From Flavobacteriales bacterium (lineage in GTDB: Bacteria > Bacteroidota > Bacteroidia > Flavobacteriales_F > PHOS-HE28), in assembly GCA_026129465.1 (NCBI GenBank), contig JAHCIA010000001.1, forward strand, positions 69,964-133,963: DNA of 64,000 nucleotides, read 5' to 3'. Shown here in pieces: positions 44,995-55,700 of this stretch; the first letter of the stretch is position 1, and each line of letters opens with the position of its first letter. The position numbers and the translations under genes are program-made. The notes below the pieces were generated by a model, which ran no database searches, was not told the origin of the DNA, and saw nothing but the letters and a program-made list of their open reading frames with translations.

Positions 44995-47900
44995 ATGTCC
45001 ACCCATAACCCCTTTGCGGCACGTCTCGCCTTCCTGGCCATGGTGGCCGCTCCGCAGTGCTTCCTGTACCTGCCACATGCCAATGCACAGGTGGCCGGCC
45101 GTTACGATTTCTCACAGCACAGCGATAGCTACACGCCGATCGGTTCCACGGGCTGGTCCGCACTCTTCGGCACAGGTTGGGACAATGCGGCGGTATCCGT
45201 GCCCCTTCCATTCAACTTCCAGTTCGGGCCGGAGAGCTATGACAACGTCATGGTCTCCACCAACGGGTTCATCGTGTTCGGCAACACGCTGGCGAACAAT
45301 GCCGGTGGAGGTGCCTATGTCAATGGGAGTGTTCAGGGCCTCTACCTGGGTGGCAACGCCACGGACAATGGCATCGCCGGCTTCAACGCGCGATTGGCCG
45401 AGCGCACCTTCGCCACCACCAACGCTACGCGCACCAGTGGCTCACCCGTGCTCACCGTGGCCAGCACCGCCGATCTGCGCGTAGGCATGTGCATCACCGG
45501 CACGGGCATCCCTGCCAACGCCGCCGTGGTGTCCATCAGTGGCAACCAGGTGACCATGAGCGCCAACGCCACCAGCAATGGCACCTCATCGATCACGCCC
45601 AGGGCCAATGCGGTCGCTGGAACCATCGGCACAGCACCGAACCGAACCTTCGTGGTGCAGTACACACGCGTGCGCCGCGATGGCAATAACGACGATGTGA
45701 ACTTCCAGATCCGGCTCCATGAAGGAGACGGAAATGTGCTGGCCCAGACCATCGAGGTCGTTTACGGGGCCTGCTCCACCACCGAGACCAACACGAGCCG
45801 CCAGGTGCAGGCAGGTCTTCGCGGCACCACCTCGGACTTCCATGCGCGCACCAGCACCAGCGATTGGAGCGCCACCTCGGAAGGCGGCAGCAACACCAAC
45901 CGTGTGCAATTCACCTCTTCCATCACGCCTCCCAACGGTCTCCTGTACCGTTGGACACCCAATTGCACGAGCCCCGTGGCCACGGCCACGGTGGAGAGCG
46001 ATTGTGCCGGTGGCACATTCAACATCCTGGTGAACGTGACCTCGCTGGGCAATGGCGCTTCGGTGGACATCAAGGCCAATGGCAGCACGGTGCACGCGGG
46101 AGTGGGCACCGGTGTCCATGTGTTGGGGCCATACCCCATCGGCCAGAGCCGCACGGTGGCCGTGGCCCATGCCAGCAGCACAGCCTGCGACCTGGGTCTG
46201 GGCAGCTTCAGCAGCCCGCTGACCTGTGTGGCCAATGGCGGTTGCCTGGCCACGCCACACCCTGCGATCGCCGCCAACAGTTGTTCCGCCGGAGCCGAAC
46301 TCAAGGCGGGCATCGCCGTGACGGGAGAGGGTGACGCGCTGGGCGTGAACACGCAATTGACGAGCGTGGACCTGATCATCGCCCATACGAGCCGCAACCA
46401 ATTGCGTGTGTACCTGACCGCGCCCAATGGTGCTGTCCGTGAGATGATCATGAACCGCGGCGGCCCGCGATCGAACTTCGGCAACCCGGGCAATTGCCCC
46501 ACCGCCGTGTTGACCTTGGATGACGGCGCCGCGCAATCCGTGGCGGACATCCCCAACAACTTCGCGAGCAACAACATCACCGGCAGCTGGCGCCCGGAGC
46601 AGACCCTGGCGGGTTTCAGCGGCGACCCCAACGGCACCTGGGTGCTCACCATCTGCTCCTCGGGCGGCAATGCGGGTACGCTGCGGCATGTGGCGCTGAA
46701 TTTCTCGCCGGTCGATTGCCAAGGTGTGGCGAACGGCCCCGCAATTCCCGGTTCGCCCTGCGATGACGGCGACCCGAACACCACAGGCGACGTATACGGC
46801 GCCAATTGCACCTGCAGTGGTGCACCTGTCACCTTGTACAGTGCCGCGTCCGGCGCCATGGGCAGCACCATCTGGAGCCTCAGCCCGGGTGGACCCATCG
46901 CACCGAATATTCCCAATGGCAACGCCCATGTGGTTATCCGGAACGGGCATGCCATCAGCGTGGATGGCACGCGTTCGGCCAAGTCGCTGCTGGTGGAAAC
47001 CGGCGGCTCCTTGGACATCGACGCCGGCACCCTCTCGGTGGGCGGCCACGTGACCAACCATGGTGTCGTGCTCGGTGGTACGGGAACCCTGGCCGTGATC
47101 GCCAACACACCGGTGACCATCGGTGGATCGGCGCCCCTGCCGCTCTTCAACCTCACGGTGAACACCCCGCAGGGCACCTCGGTCACCACGCCCATCACCC
47201 TGCTCGGCACGCTGCAACTGAACGGTGGCACCTTCACCGCCAATGCGGCTGTGAAACTGGCCAGCAACGCGTTGCGCACCGGCCGCCTCGGTCCCGTGGA
47301 CCCCGGCGCCAGCTACGTGGGCAACATCACCATGGAACGCTACATCCCCGGTGGTGTCACCAACTGGCGCATGCTGGGCAGCCCGGTGCAGGGCGCCACC
47401 GTGAACAATTGGAAGGACGACTTCTTCACGGCTGGCTTCCCGGGTTCGCACTACCCCAACTTCTACGATCCTCCCGGCAGCGGAATCCACTGGCCCAGCA
47501 TCCGCCACTATGTGGAAAGCAACCCCGGTCCTTCGCCCTCGGATGGACTGGTGGGCGTCACGAACGCGAGCATGCCCCTCACCCCCGGCAAAGGTTTCGC
47601 GGCCTGGTCCGGTGATGGCCTGTACAACACCAGCCCCTTTGTCATCGACGTCACGGGTCCGCCCACGATCGCCTACGCGCCGTTCACGCTGCCGATGTCC
47701 TGGACCGATACGGGCAACCCCTCCGCCGATGGCTGGAATCTGGTGAGCAACCCGCTGCCCAGCGCCATCAGCTACGGCGCCATCGTGCGCGGTGCCAATG
47801 TGGTGAACGCCTTCCACGTGTTCGATCCGGTGAGCGGCAACATGGCCACCTGGAACGGTTTCGTGGGCAGCAACGGCGCCAATGGCACCATCCAGAGCAG

Positions 47901-49410
47901 CCAGGGCTTCTGGCTGAAGGCCAACGGCCCGGCCGTGAACACCACCGTGAGCGAGAGCGCCAAGACCGGCAGCCAGAGCGGCGGCATCTTCGGTGGTCTG
48001 GAAGGTCCTCCGCCACCATCGCTGCGCCTGCGGATCGCCAGTGGCCTGAACAATTTCAGTGACGAGACCGTGGTGGTCTTCGCCCATGGCAGCCCGGTCT
48101 TCAACGAAGAGGAGGGCGATGCCTTGAAGTTCCCGTTCAGCCATCCGCAAGCCCCGCGCATCGCCACTCGCGTGGCCGATGGCCCGGACCTGGCGCTGAA
48201 CCACCATGGTGCGCCGGATGGCACGATCCACATCCCCGTAATGCTGCATGCGCCCGTCACGGGCACCTATACCATCACCGCCACCGGCATAGAGTCCCTG
48301 AACGGCCTCACCTGCCTGGTGCTGGAGGACCTGCTCACCGGCGTGCGTGTTCCCCTGCATGACGGCGCCACCATCACCATCGAGATCGCCGCCGACGCGG
48401 ATCCCGCTCTGCCGCGCCTGCTGTTGCACCAGAGCGCCATGCTGGTCCATGAGGTGCAGCATGTGAGCTGTCACGGCAGCGGCGATGCCTCCATCACGCT
48501 GCACAACCCGGGCGCGGTACCGGTGGACATCACCTGGACCGATGCCGAGGGCGACATCCTGGCCGTGATCGAGGGCATGCTGGGTTCGGCCGCGCTGCAA
48601 GGCCTGGGCGCCGGCCACTACACGGCGCACATCGGCGGCACCGAATGCCCCGCGCAATCGGCGCAGTTCACCATCGAGGAACCCTGGGCCATGGAACTGT
48701 TGTACACCATCACCCCGGCCACCTGTGCCGAGAGCACCGACGGCCATGTGCTGCTGGAAGTGCTGGGCGGCGTGTGGCCCTATGAGATGCTGTGGAGCAC
48801 CGGCGCCACCACGCCCGATCTGGAAGGGGTGGGCGAGGGTTTCTATGGCGTGGAAGTGACCGACGCCAACGGTTGCGTGATCACGGCGAACGGCCTGCAC
48901 GTGACGGCCCCCGAGCCGATCGCTGGCGCGCTGGTGGCACCCACCACCGTCCAGGTGATGGAGCCGGTGCAGTTCAGCAGCACCGCTGATGCCGCCGAGG
49001 AACGCTTCTGGGACTTCGGTGATGGCCAGACCAGCACCCACGCCACGCCGCTGCATGGCTACGCGCAACCCGGTGAGTACCAGGTGACACTGGTGTTGCA
49101 GGACGAGGAATGTTCCCGGACCCTGGGCACCACGGTGTCCGTGGGCCTGCTCACCACCCTCCAGGACCTGGCCAATGACGGCCCGCGCGCCTGGAGCGCC
49201 GGTGACCTGATCACGATCGAAGGCGCCATGCCGCAGGACCTTCACCTGCATGTGTATGATGCCACCGGCCGCACGGTCTACACCGGCCGCATCCCGGCGA
49301 ACACGCCGCGCCACGAGATCCCCACCCACACCTGGACGCCCGGCCTCTACTTCCTGAACGCCAGTACCGCTTGGGAACAGTGGACCTATTCGCTGCCGGT
49401 GGTGCGGTGA
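44995..49410 (+). CDS. T9SS cargo protein (1471 aa) with a proprotein-convertase P-domain, SprB repeats, a PKD domain and a type-A T9SS C-terminal sorting domain.
   Basis: ATG 44995 gives MSTHNPFAARLAFLAMVAAPQCFLYLPHANAQ. The P-domain is LIIAHTSRNQLRVYLTAPNGAV...WVLTI. The SprB repeats are CHGSGDASITL... and CAESTDGHVLLEV...YEMLWSTGATTPDLEGVGEGFYGVEVTDANGC. PKD is FWDFGDGQTS...GEYQVTLV. The CTD is LHLHVYDATGRTVY...GLYFL. Confidence 0.75.
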   Translation: MSTHNPFAARLAFLAMVAAPQCFLYLPHANAQVAGRYDFSQHSDSYTPIGSTGWSALFGTGWDNAAVSVPLPFNFQFGPESYDNVMVSTNGFIVFGNTLANNAGGGAYVNGSVQGLYLGGNATDNGIAGFNARLAERTFATTNATRTSGSPVLTVASTADLRVGMCITGTGIPANAAVVSISGNQVTMSANATSNGTSSITPRANAVAGTIGTAPNRTFVVQYTRVRRDGNNDDVNFQIRLHEGDGNVLAQTIEVVYGACSTTETNTSRQVQAGLRGTTSDFHARTSTSDWSATSEGGSNTNRVQFTSSITPPNGLLYRWTPNCTSPVATATVESDCAGGTFNILVNVTSLGNGASVDIKANGSTVHAGVGTGVHVLGPYPIGQSRTVAVAHASSTACDLGLGSFSSPLTCVANGGCLATPHPAIAANSCSAGAELKAGIAVTGEGDALGVNTQLTSVDLIIAHTSRNQLRVYLTAPNGAVREMIMNRGGPRSNFGNPGNCPTAVLTLDDGAAQSVADIPNNFASNNITGSWRPEQTLAGFSGDPNGTWVLTICSSGGNAGTLRHVALNFSPVDCQGVANGPAIPGSPCDDGDPNTTGDVYGANCTCSGAPVTLYSAASGAMGSTIWSLSPGGPIAPNIPNGNAHVVIRNGHAISVDGTRSAKSLLVETGGSLDIDAGTLSVGGHVTNHGVVLGGTGTLAVIANTPVTIGGSAPLPLFNLTVNTPQGTSVTTPITLLGTLQLNGGTFTANAAVKLASNALRTGRLGPVDPGASYVGNITMERYIPGGVTNWRMLGSPVQGATVNNWKDDFFTAGFPGSHYPNFYDPPGSGIHWPSIRHYVESNPGPSPSDGLVGVTNASMPLTPGKGFAAWSGDGLYNTSPFVIDVTGPPTIAYAPFTLPMSWTDTGNPSADGWNLVSNPLPSAISYGAIVRGANVVNAFHVFDPVSGNMATWNGFVGSNGANGTIQSSQGFWLKANGPAVNTTVSESAKTGSQSGGIFGGLEGPPPPSLRLRIASGLNNFSDETVVVFAHGSPVFNEEEGDALKFPFSHPQAPRIATRVADGPDLALNHHGAPDGTIHIPVMLHAPVTGTYTITATGIESLNGLTCLVLEDLLTGVRVPLHDGATITIEIAADADPALPRLLLHQSAMLVHEVQHVSCHGSGDASITLHNPGAVPVDITWTDAEGDILAVIEGMLGSAALQGLGAGHYTAHIGGTECPAQSAQFTIEEPWAMELLYTITPATCAESTDGHVLLEVLGGVWPYEMLWSTGATTPDLEGVGEGFYGVEVTDANGCVITANGLHVTAPEPIAGALVAPTTVQVMEPVQFSSTADAAEERFWDFGDGQTSTHATPLHGYAQPGEYQVTLVLQDEECSRTLGTTVSVGLLTTLQDLANDGPRAWSAGDLITIEGAMPQDLHLHVYDATGRTVYTGRIPANTPRHEIPTHTWTPGLYFLNASTAWEQWTYSLPVVR

Positions 49411-49433
49411 GGAACCGCGATATTCGCTTGACG

Positions 49434-49470
49434 AAGCCCCACCGGATGTTCCGGTGGGGCTTCGTCTTTC
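49434..49470 (+). terminator. Rho-independent terminator (gaagccccaccgg-atgtt-ccggtggggcttc, then GTCTTTCC).
   Basis: A 13-bp perfect stem lies immediately after the stop of the 44995-49410 gene. Confidence 0.75.
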
Positions 49471-49525
49471 CAGGGGTGGTCAACCGCGTGGGAGGGGGGG
49501 TGGGTCACAAGGCATCAACCGTCAC

Positions 49526-49555
49526 TTGTGGATAAGTATTCCAGTGTTACTTTTC
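49526..49555 (+). promoter_or_regulatory. Bacteroidota-type promoter for the giant gene: -33 TTG (49526-49528), 19-nt spacer, -7 TACTTTTC (49548-49555).
   Basis: It fits TTG-N19-TAnnTTTG at 7 of 8 positions in the -7 box, and lies in an AT-richer patch between the terminator and the gene. Confidence 0.45.
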
Positions 49556-49625
49556 ACCGCGTAACCCTGCCTCCGGTACATCAGACCCCCTCCCCGCCCA
49601 AGGGAGTCCACTCCATACCCACCAC

Positions 49626-49636
49626 CCCCCCCCCCC
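49626..49636. repeat. Homopolymeric C11 tract in the predicted 5' leader of the giant gene, with a G7 tract at 49494-49500 just upstream of the promoter.
   Basis: accacCCCCCCCCCCCggcg was counted from the sequence. It is a candidate slipped-strand phase-variation site. Confidence 0.6.
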
Positions 49637-49743
49637 GGCGCGCCTTGCCTCGCCGCCGGACCACTGCACCCCATACCTGAAAACCTGCCCTGGCCACCTG
49701 ATGTGGCCAAGGATCGCTTGCCCCCCTACCGAAACCCCTGCAC

Positions 49744-52700
49744 ATGAAACGGTTCCTTACCCCTGTACTGCGTAGCGCGATGATCGCCGTGGCGATGGTC
49801 GCCTTTCTTGGATCACAAGCGCAAGTGGATGTCTCCGGCGCCTTGGTCGGCAACGGCACATACGGCACCCTTGGGGCTGCCTTCACCGCCATCAACGGCG
49901 GAGCCCAAACGGGGGCCAACATCTTGATCGAGATCACGGGTAATACCACCGAACCGGCCTCGGCCACATTGAATGCCGGTGCGTGGGCGACCGTGACGAT
50001 CAATCCATCCGGTGGCGCCACGCGCACGATCTCCGGCAACCTCGCGGCTCCCTTGATCAACTTGAATGGTGCGGACAACGTGACCATCGATGGGTTGAAT
50101 TCCGGGGGCAACGCGCTGGTGATCGAGAACACCTCGAGCGCCGCCACAGCCGGCACCAGCGCCGTCCGATTCATCGCTGATGCCGTGAACAACGTGGTGC
50201 GTAAGTGCACCATCAGGGGCTCCAACACGACGGGCGCGGCTGGAAATGGCACCATCTTCTTCAGCACGGGGACCAGCACGGGCAACGACAACAACCTGAT
50301 CGAGGAGTGCGTGATCACCGCCGCTGGGAGCAACCTGCCCCAGATCGCCATCAGTTCCACCGGTACATCCGTCGCCGTGGACAATAGTGGCAACACGGTG
50401 AGCGGCTGTGAGATCTCCGACTACTTCAATGCATCCACGGCCTCCACGGGCCTGTACCTGGTGAGCAACAGTTCGGGCTGGACCATCAGCGACAACAAGT
50501 TCTTCCAGACCGCCACGCGCACGGCCACGTCCGGTGCCATCCACCGCGCCATTTACATCAATACCGCCTCAGGAAGCGGTTACTCCATCACCGGCAACAC
50601 CATCGGTTTCGCCAATACCGTTGGCACTGGTACCACCTCTTATGCGGGTGCCATAGCGAATCGGTTCATTGGTATCGAGTGCGTGGCCGCCGCCACACCG
50701 GTGAGCAGTATACAAGGCAACACAGTGGCGGGGATCTCCTTGGCCACAACGAGCGGCGCGACCACCACCCCTGGTGTTTTCGGCGGCATTGTGGCCAATG
50801 CTGGGGTGAACATCGGTACAGTGACGGGCAACACCATCGGTGCAGCGACAGGAACCGGTTCCATCGCCATCACGAGTTCTACTGGTGGCGGGCGTTCCTA
50901 TGGCATCTACGCCACTTCTTCAACGGGCGCGATCGACATCCGCAACAACACGGTGGCCGGTATCACCTATGCGGGTGCCACGGCGGCCATTGGCACGAAC
51001 CTCAATGCCATCGAGGTGAATGCGGCGGGTTCCGGTACCACCTTGAACATCGTGGACAACCAAGTGGGGAGCGCCACGGCGGGTTCGTTGACCATCGGTC
51101 TGGCGGGCACCACCACGGGCACCTGCTCTTTGCTGGGTATCGCCAGTGCGGGCGCTGCTGGTACCGTGAACATCTCGAACAACGTGTTGCGTGGCGTCAC
51201 GATGCATAGCACTACGAGCAACTTCATCGGTATCCAAAGCACCGGAAACGTTTCCGTGGCCAACAACATCACGGACAACCAGCTGGGCAATGCCGGGGCC
51301 GGTGTTGTGAACTTCACCCGGGCAAATTCTGGGACCTTCACGGGGATCACAGTGACCAGTGGCACATCGGCGTCGAGCCTGAGCATCACGGGCAATGATC
51401 TGCGGGGAGTCGTCTACGACCTCGCCTCTTCGGGTGCCAACACCTATGTGAGCAATACGGGGGCCGTCCTCAATACCAACATCAGCAGCAACACCTTCAC
51501 CAATCTGAGCGTGAACACCACGGGCAATGTCACATTCATCAGCAACAGTGTCATACGGCCCGCCAATGCCGTGACGAACGTGAACAACAACGGCATCGTC
51601 ACGGGCTTCAGCAAAACGGGTTCGGGCGGTGCGGTGCAGCTATACCTCTCCAATTCTTCCACCCCGAGCACCGGCAGCGATACGAACACCGGCAACGATT
51701 TCAGCAACATCACGCTCACGGGGGCGACCTCCTTCGCGGGATGGCAGAACACGGATGGCAGCACATTTTCTCCATATGGCCCGCAGAAGAACGTATCGAA
51801 CAATACGTTCAGCAACATCATCCTGGGAAGTGGGGCTTCCAACATCCTGCAGGTGGGCTACAGCCGGACCACGGCCACGAACACGGTGGCGAACAACGCG
51901 ATCACGAACATCTCGGGCACGGGGAGCATCACCGCGATCAACATGCAGCAGGGCCCGCACGACATCACGGGCAATACCATCCGGGGCATCACTTCCACAG
52001 GCACGGCGGCCGAAGTGATCGGCATCCGGCAGGCGCAGATGGGTGTGGGCACGATGAACATCCGGGGCAACCTGATCGCGGACATGCAGTCGGGTGGCAC
52101 CACGGCTGGTCTGGTGCGGGGCATCGACCTGGTGGGCGGCACCAGTGGCACCACCACCAACGTGGTGAACAACCGGATCGGCGATCTGCGGATGCCCGCA
52201 TGCAACAGCACGACCGCGTTCCTGCATGGGTTCCATGCGAACATGGGCACGACCGGATTCAACATCAGCCTGAGCTACAACACCATCTATCTGAGCGCCA
52301 CCAGTTCGGGGGCCAGCTTCACCACGGCCGCGGTCTACTGCAATACGGCTCCCACGCTCACCATGCGCAACAACATCCTGGTGAACATGTCCACGCCCAA
52401 CGGAGCGGGCAACCGCACGATCGCGTATCGGCAGGCGGCCACTGGATTGACGAACTATGGCGCGGCCAGCAACAACAACTTGTTCTATGCTGATACGCCG
52501 GGTCCCACACGGGTGATCCATTGGAACGGCACCACAGCTTATGAGACCCTGGCCAGCTGGCAGGCTTTCGCGAGTCCCCGCGACGCCAACTCCGTCAGCG
52601 AGCTGCCGCCCTTCCTCAGCACCGACCCCACCAATGCCGACTACCTGAAGATCGACCCCACGGTGGCCACACAGATCGAAAGCGGCGGCATCGCCATCGC

Positions 52701-55700
52701 GGGCATCGACGACGACTTCGAGGGCGACATCCGTTTCGGCAGCGTGGGATACACCGGAGGTGGTGCCGCGCCGGATATCGGTGCGGATGAGTTCGAGGGT
52801 GTATTGCTGGACATCGCGGCGCCCATCATCAGCTACACGCCGCTGAGCAGTGCGTGCGGTACCGGTGCACGGACCCTGTCGGCCTCGATCACCGACGCCA
52901 GCGGGGTGCCCACCAGTGGCGATGGCCTGCCGCGCCTGCGTTGGCGCATCAATGCAGGTGCCTGGGCCTATGTGACCGGTGTACACATCAGCGGCAGCAC
53001 CTATGAGTTCACCTTCGGCGCCAGTGCGGCCGAGGGGGACGTGGTGGAGTATTACGTGGTGGCCCAGGACAACGCCGGTACGCCCAACGTGGGCGCTTTC
53101 CCTGCGGCCGGTGCAGGTGGTTTCGGCGCCGATCCGCCCGCGGCGAGCACACCGCCCACCACGCCCAGCAGCTATACGGTGCTGGCCGTGCTGGCAGGCA
53201 CCTACAACGTGGGCAGCGGTGAACCGGCCCCCTTCAACAGCCTGCCCAGCGCCATAGCGCACTACCATGCGAGCTGCCTGGGCGGCGCAGTGGTCTACCA
53301 GCTGATGGACGCCAGCTACCCCCTGGCCTCCACACTGGCCATCAACAACCACCCGGACGCCAGCAGCGTGAACACGCTGACCATCCGGCCGAATGCGGCC
53401 ACGGCCGTGCTGGTGAGCGGCACCATCGCGAGCAACCCGCTGATCAACATGAACGGGGCGCGCTTCGTGATCTTCGATGGACTGAACACGGGCGGGGCGA
53501 CCCTGACCATCCGCAATGCGAGCACGTCCGCTGGCACCGGCACCAGCACCATCCGCTTCATCAACGACGCGGTGAACGACACGATCCGCAACTGCACCCT
53601 GGAGGCGGCGCATCAATTGGGCGGCATACTGGAGTCCGGTGTGCTGGTCTTCGCCGGGGGCGCCACCACGGGCAATGACGATATCGTGATCGCCAACAAC
53701 ATCATTGGTGCGGTCTCCGGTGGCACGGTGGGCAAGGCCATCTATGGCAACGGCAGTACTGGTTCGCTGGCCGTACACAACAGCGGTGTGCGGATCCTGG
53801 ACAACGAGATCCGGGACTATTTCCTGCCGGCAGCAACACACTACGGCCTCTTTCTGAACACAGGCTGCACGAACTGGACCATCAGCGGCAACAAATTCTA
53901 CCAGACCGCGGCACGCGTGACCAGCACCACGTCCGCGCACCGGATGCTGGAGATCAACACGGCCTCCTTCGCCGATGTGGGGGGCTACGACATCAGCGGC
54001 AACACCTTCGGCTTCGCGAACGCCTCGGGCACGGGCATCTACGACATCAGCGGCACGAACGGCAGTTTGCGCGCCATCCACCTGGGCTTGAACTCTGGCA
54101 ACACGGTCCTGACCAATATCGATGGCAACATTTTCGGGGGCATCAGCCTTGGCACCACCACCAGTGGCACCACGAGCAACTCGCCGTTCCAGATGATCTT
54201 CGTGAACAGCGGTCTGGTGAACATCGGCGTCAACGCCGGCAACATCATCGGCAGCCAGACGGCGAACAGTCTGAGCTTCACGACCACGTCGTCCAGTTCC
54301 ACGGATGTATACGCCATCCATAACTTCTCCTTGCTCCCCACCACCATCAGCAACAACGTCATCGGTGGCATCACGGCCAACCTGGGCACTTCTTCTCTGA
54401 CGAGCATCCTGTCGGGGATCACCGTGAACACGAGTTCATCGGTGGCTTCGACCGTGAGCAACAATACGGTGGGTGGCACGGTGGCACACAGCATCCGGCA
54501 AACGGGAGCGACCACGGGCAGCGTGGTACGGGGCATCGCCTTCGTTACGAGCAGCGCCACGGTGGCGGACAACCTGGTGCGGAACCTGAGCAATGATGAT
54601 GGCCAGGCGGCCGTGGGCGCGGCATCCGCGGTGACGGGCCTTTGGTTCGGCAGCACCGGCGTGAACCATACGGTATCTCGCAACACGGTACACAGCCTGC
54701 GGAGCACCAACGCCGCCGGCACGCGGGCGGTGCTGGGCATGTACTACACCTCCTCCAGCGGCACCAACATCGTGGAGCGCAACCTGATCCACTCGTTGGA
54801 CGCGGCGGCCACAGGGGCCACGCTGGTGGGCATCAACATCGCGGGCGGTACCACCACCTACCGGAACAACATGATACGTCTTGGTGTGGACGCGGCGGGC
54901 GCATCGATCACAGTGCCGCTCACCATCAATGGTATCTGGGACGTCTCCGGCGCCACCAGCCTGCACCACAACAGCGTGTACATCGGCGGCAGCGGGGTGG
55001 GCGGTACGGCGAACGACAGCTGGTGCCTGTACACCGCATCTTCCGGTCCGGTGCGCAACTGGAGGAACAACATCTTCCACAACGCCCGGAGCAACGCCGG
55101 TGCGGGTGGCAAGCACTACGCCATCCGGGCCATCAGCGTTTCTGGCCTGACGAGCAACTACAACCTGTTGTACGCTTCGGGCAACGGAGGCGTGCTGGGC
55201 TTCTTCAGCTTCGACAGGCCCACGCTGGCCTCCTGGCAGCTGATCGGACAGGACGCCAACAGTGTGACAGGCGACCCGCGCTACATCAACCCAGAAGGTG
55301 ATGCGGCCACACTGGACCTGCACATCGACCCGGTGCTGCCCACGCCGATCGAAGGCACGGGCGTGCTGATCGCCACGGTGACGGACGATTTCGACGCTGA
55401 GACCCGCAGCGGGTTGACCCCGACGGACATCGGTGCGGACGCGGGTGATTTCGTGTTCGGGGAAGCCACACCGCCCACGATCGTCTACACGCCGCTCACC
55501 ACGCCAAGTTGCGACCTGAGCACGCGCGTGCTCACCGCCACCATCACGGATGCCAGCGGCGTGCCCACAGCGGGCGTCGGCCTGCCACGCTTGCGCTGGC
55601 GCGTGAACGCCGGTGCTTGGAATTATGAGACGGCGGTATGGCTGGGCGGCGACAACTACGAGTTCACCTTCGCTCCGGGGCTGGTGAGCGCGGATGTGGT

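Noticed and set aside
45586-49329. A 1247-aa minus-strand ORF, together with 45762-47279 (minus strand).
   Set aside because: Antisense to T9SS gene 1. The protein is Gly/Ala/Arg/His-rich low complexity, a high-GC antisense artefact.
51640-54321. An 893-aa minus-strand ORF, together with 57277-58530, 59917-61968 and 60036-60530 (all minus strand).
   Set aside because: All are antisense to the giant beta-helix gene, which has strong periodic coding signal and a signal peptide plus CTD on the plus strand.
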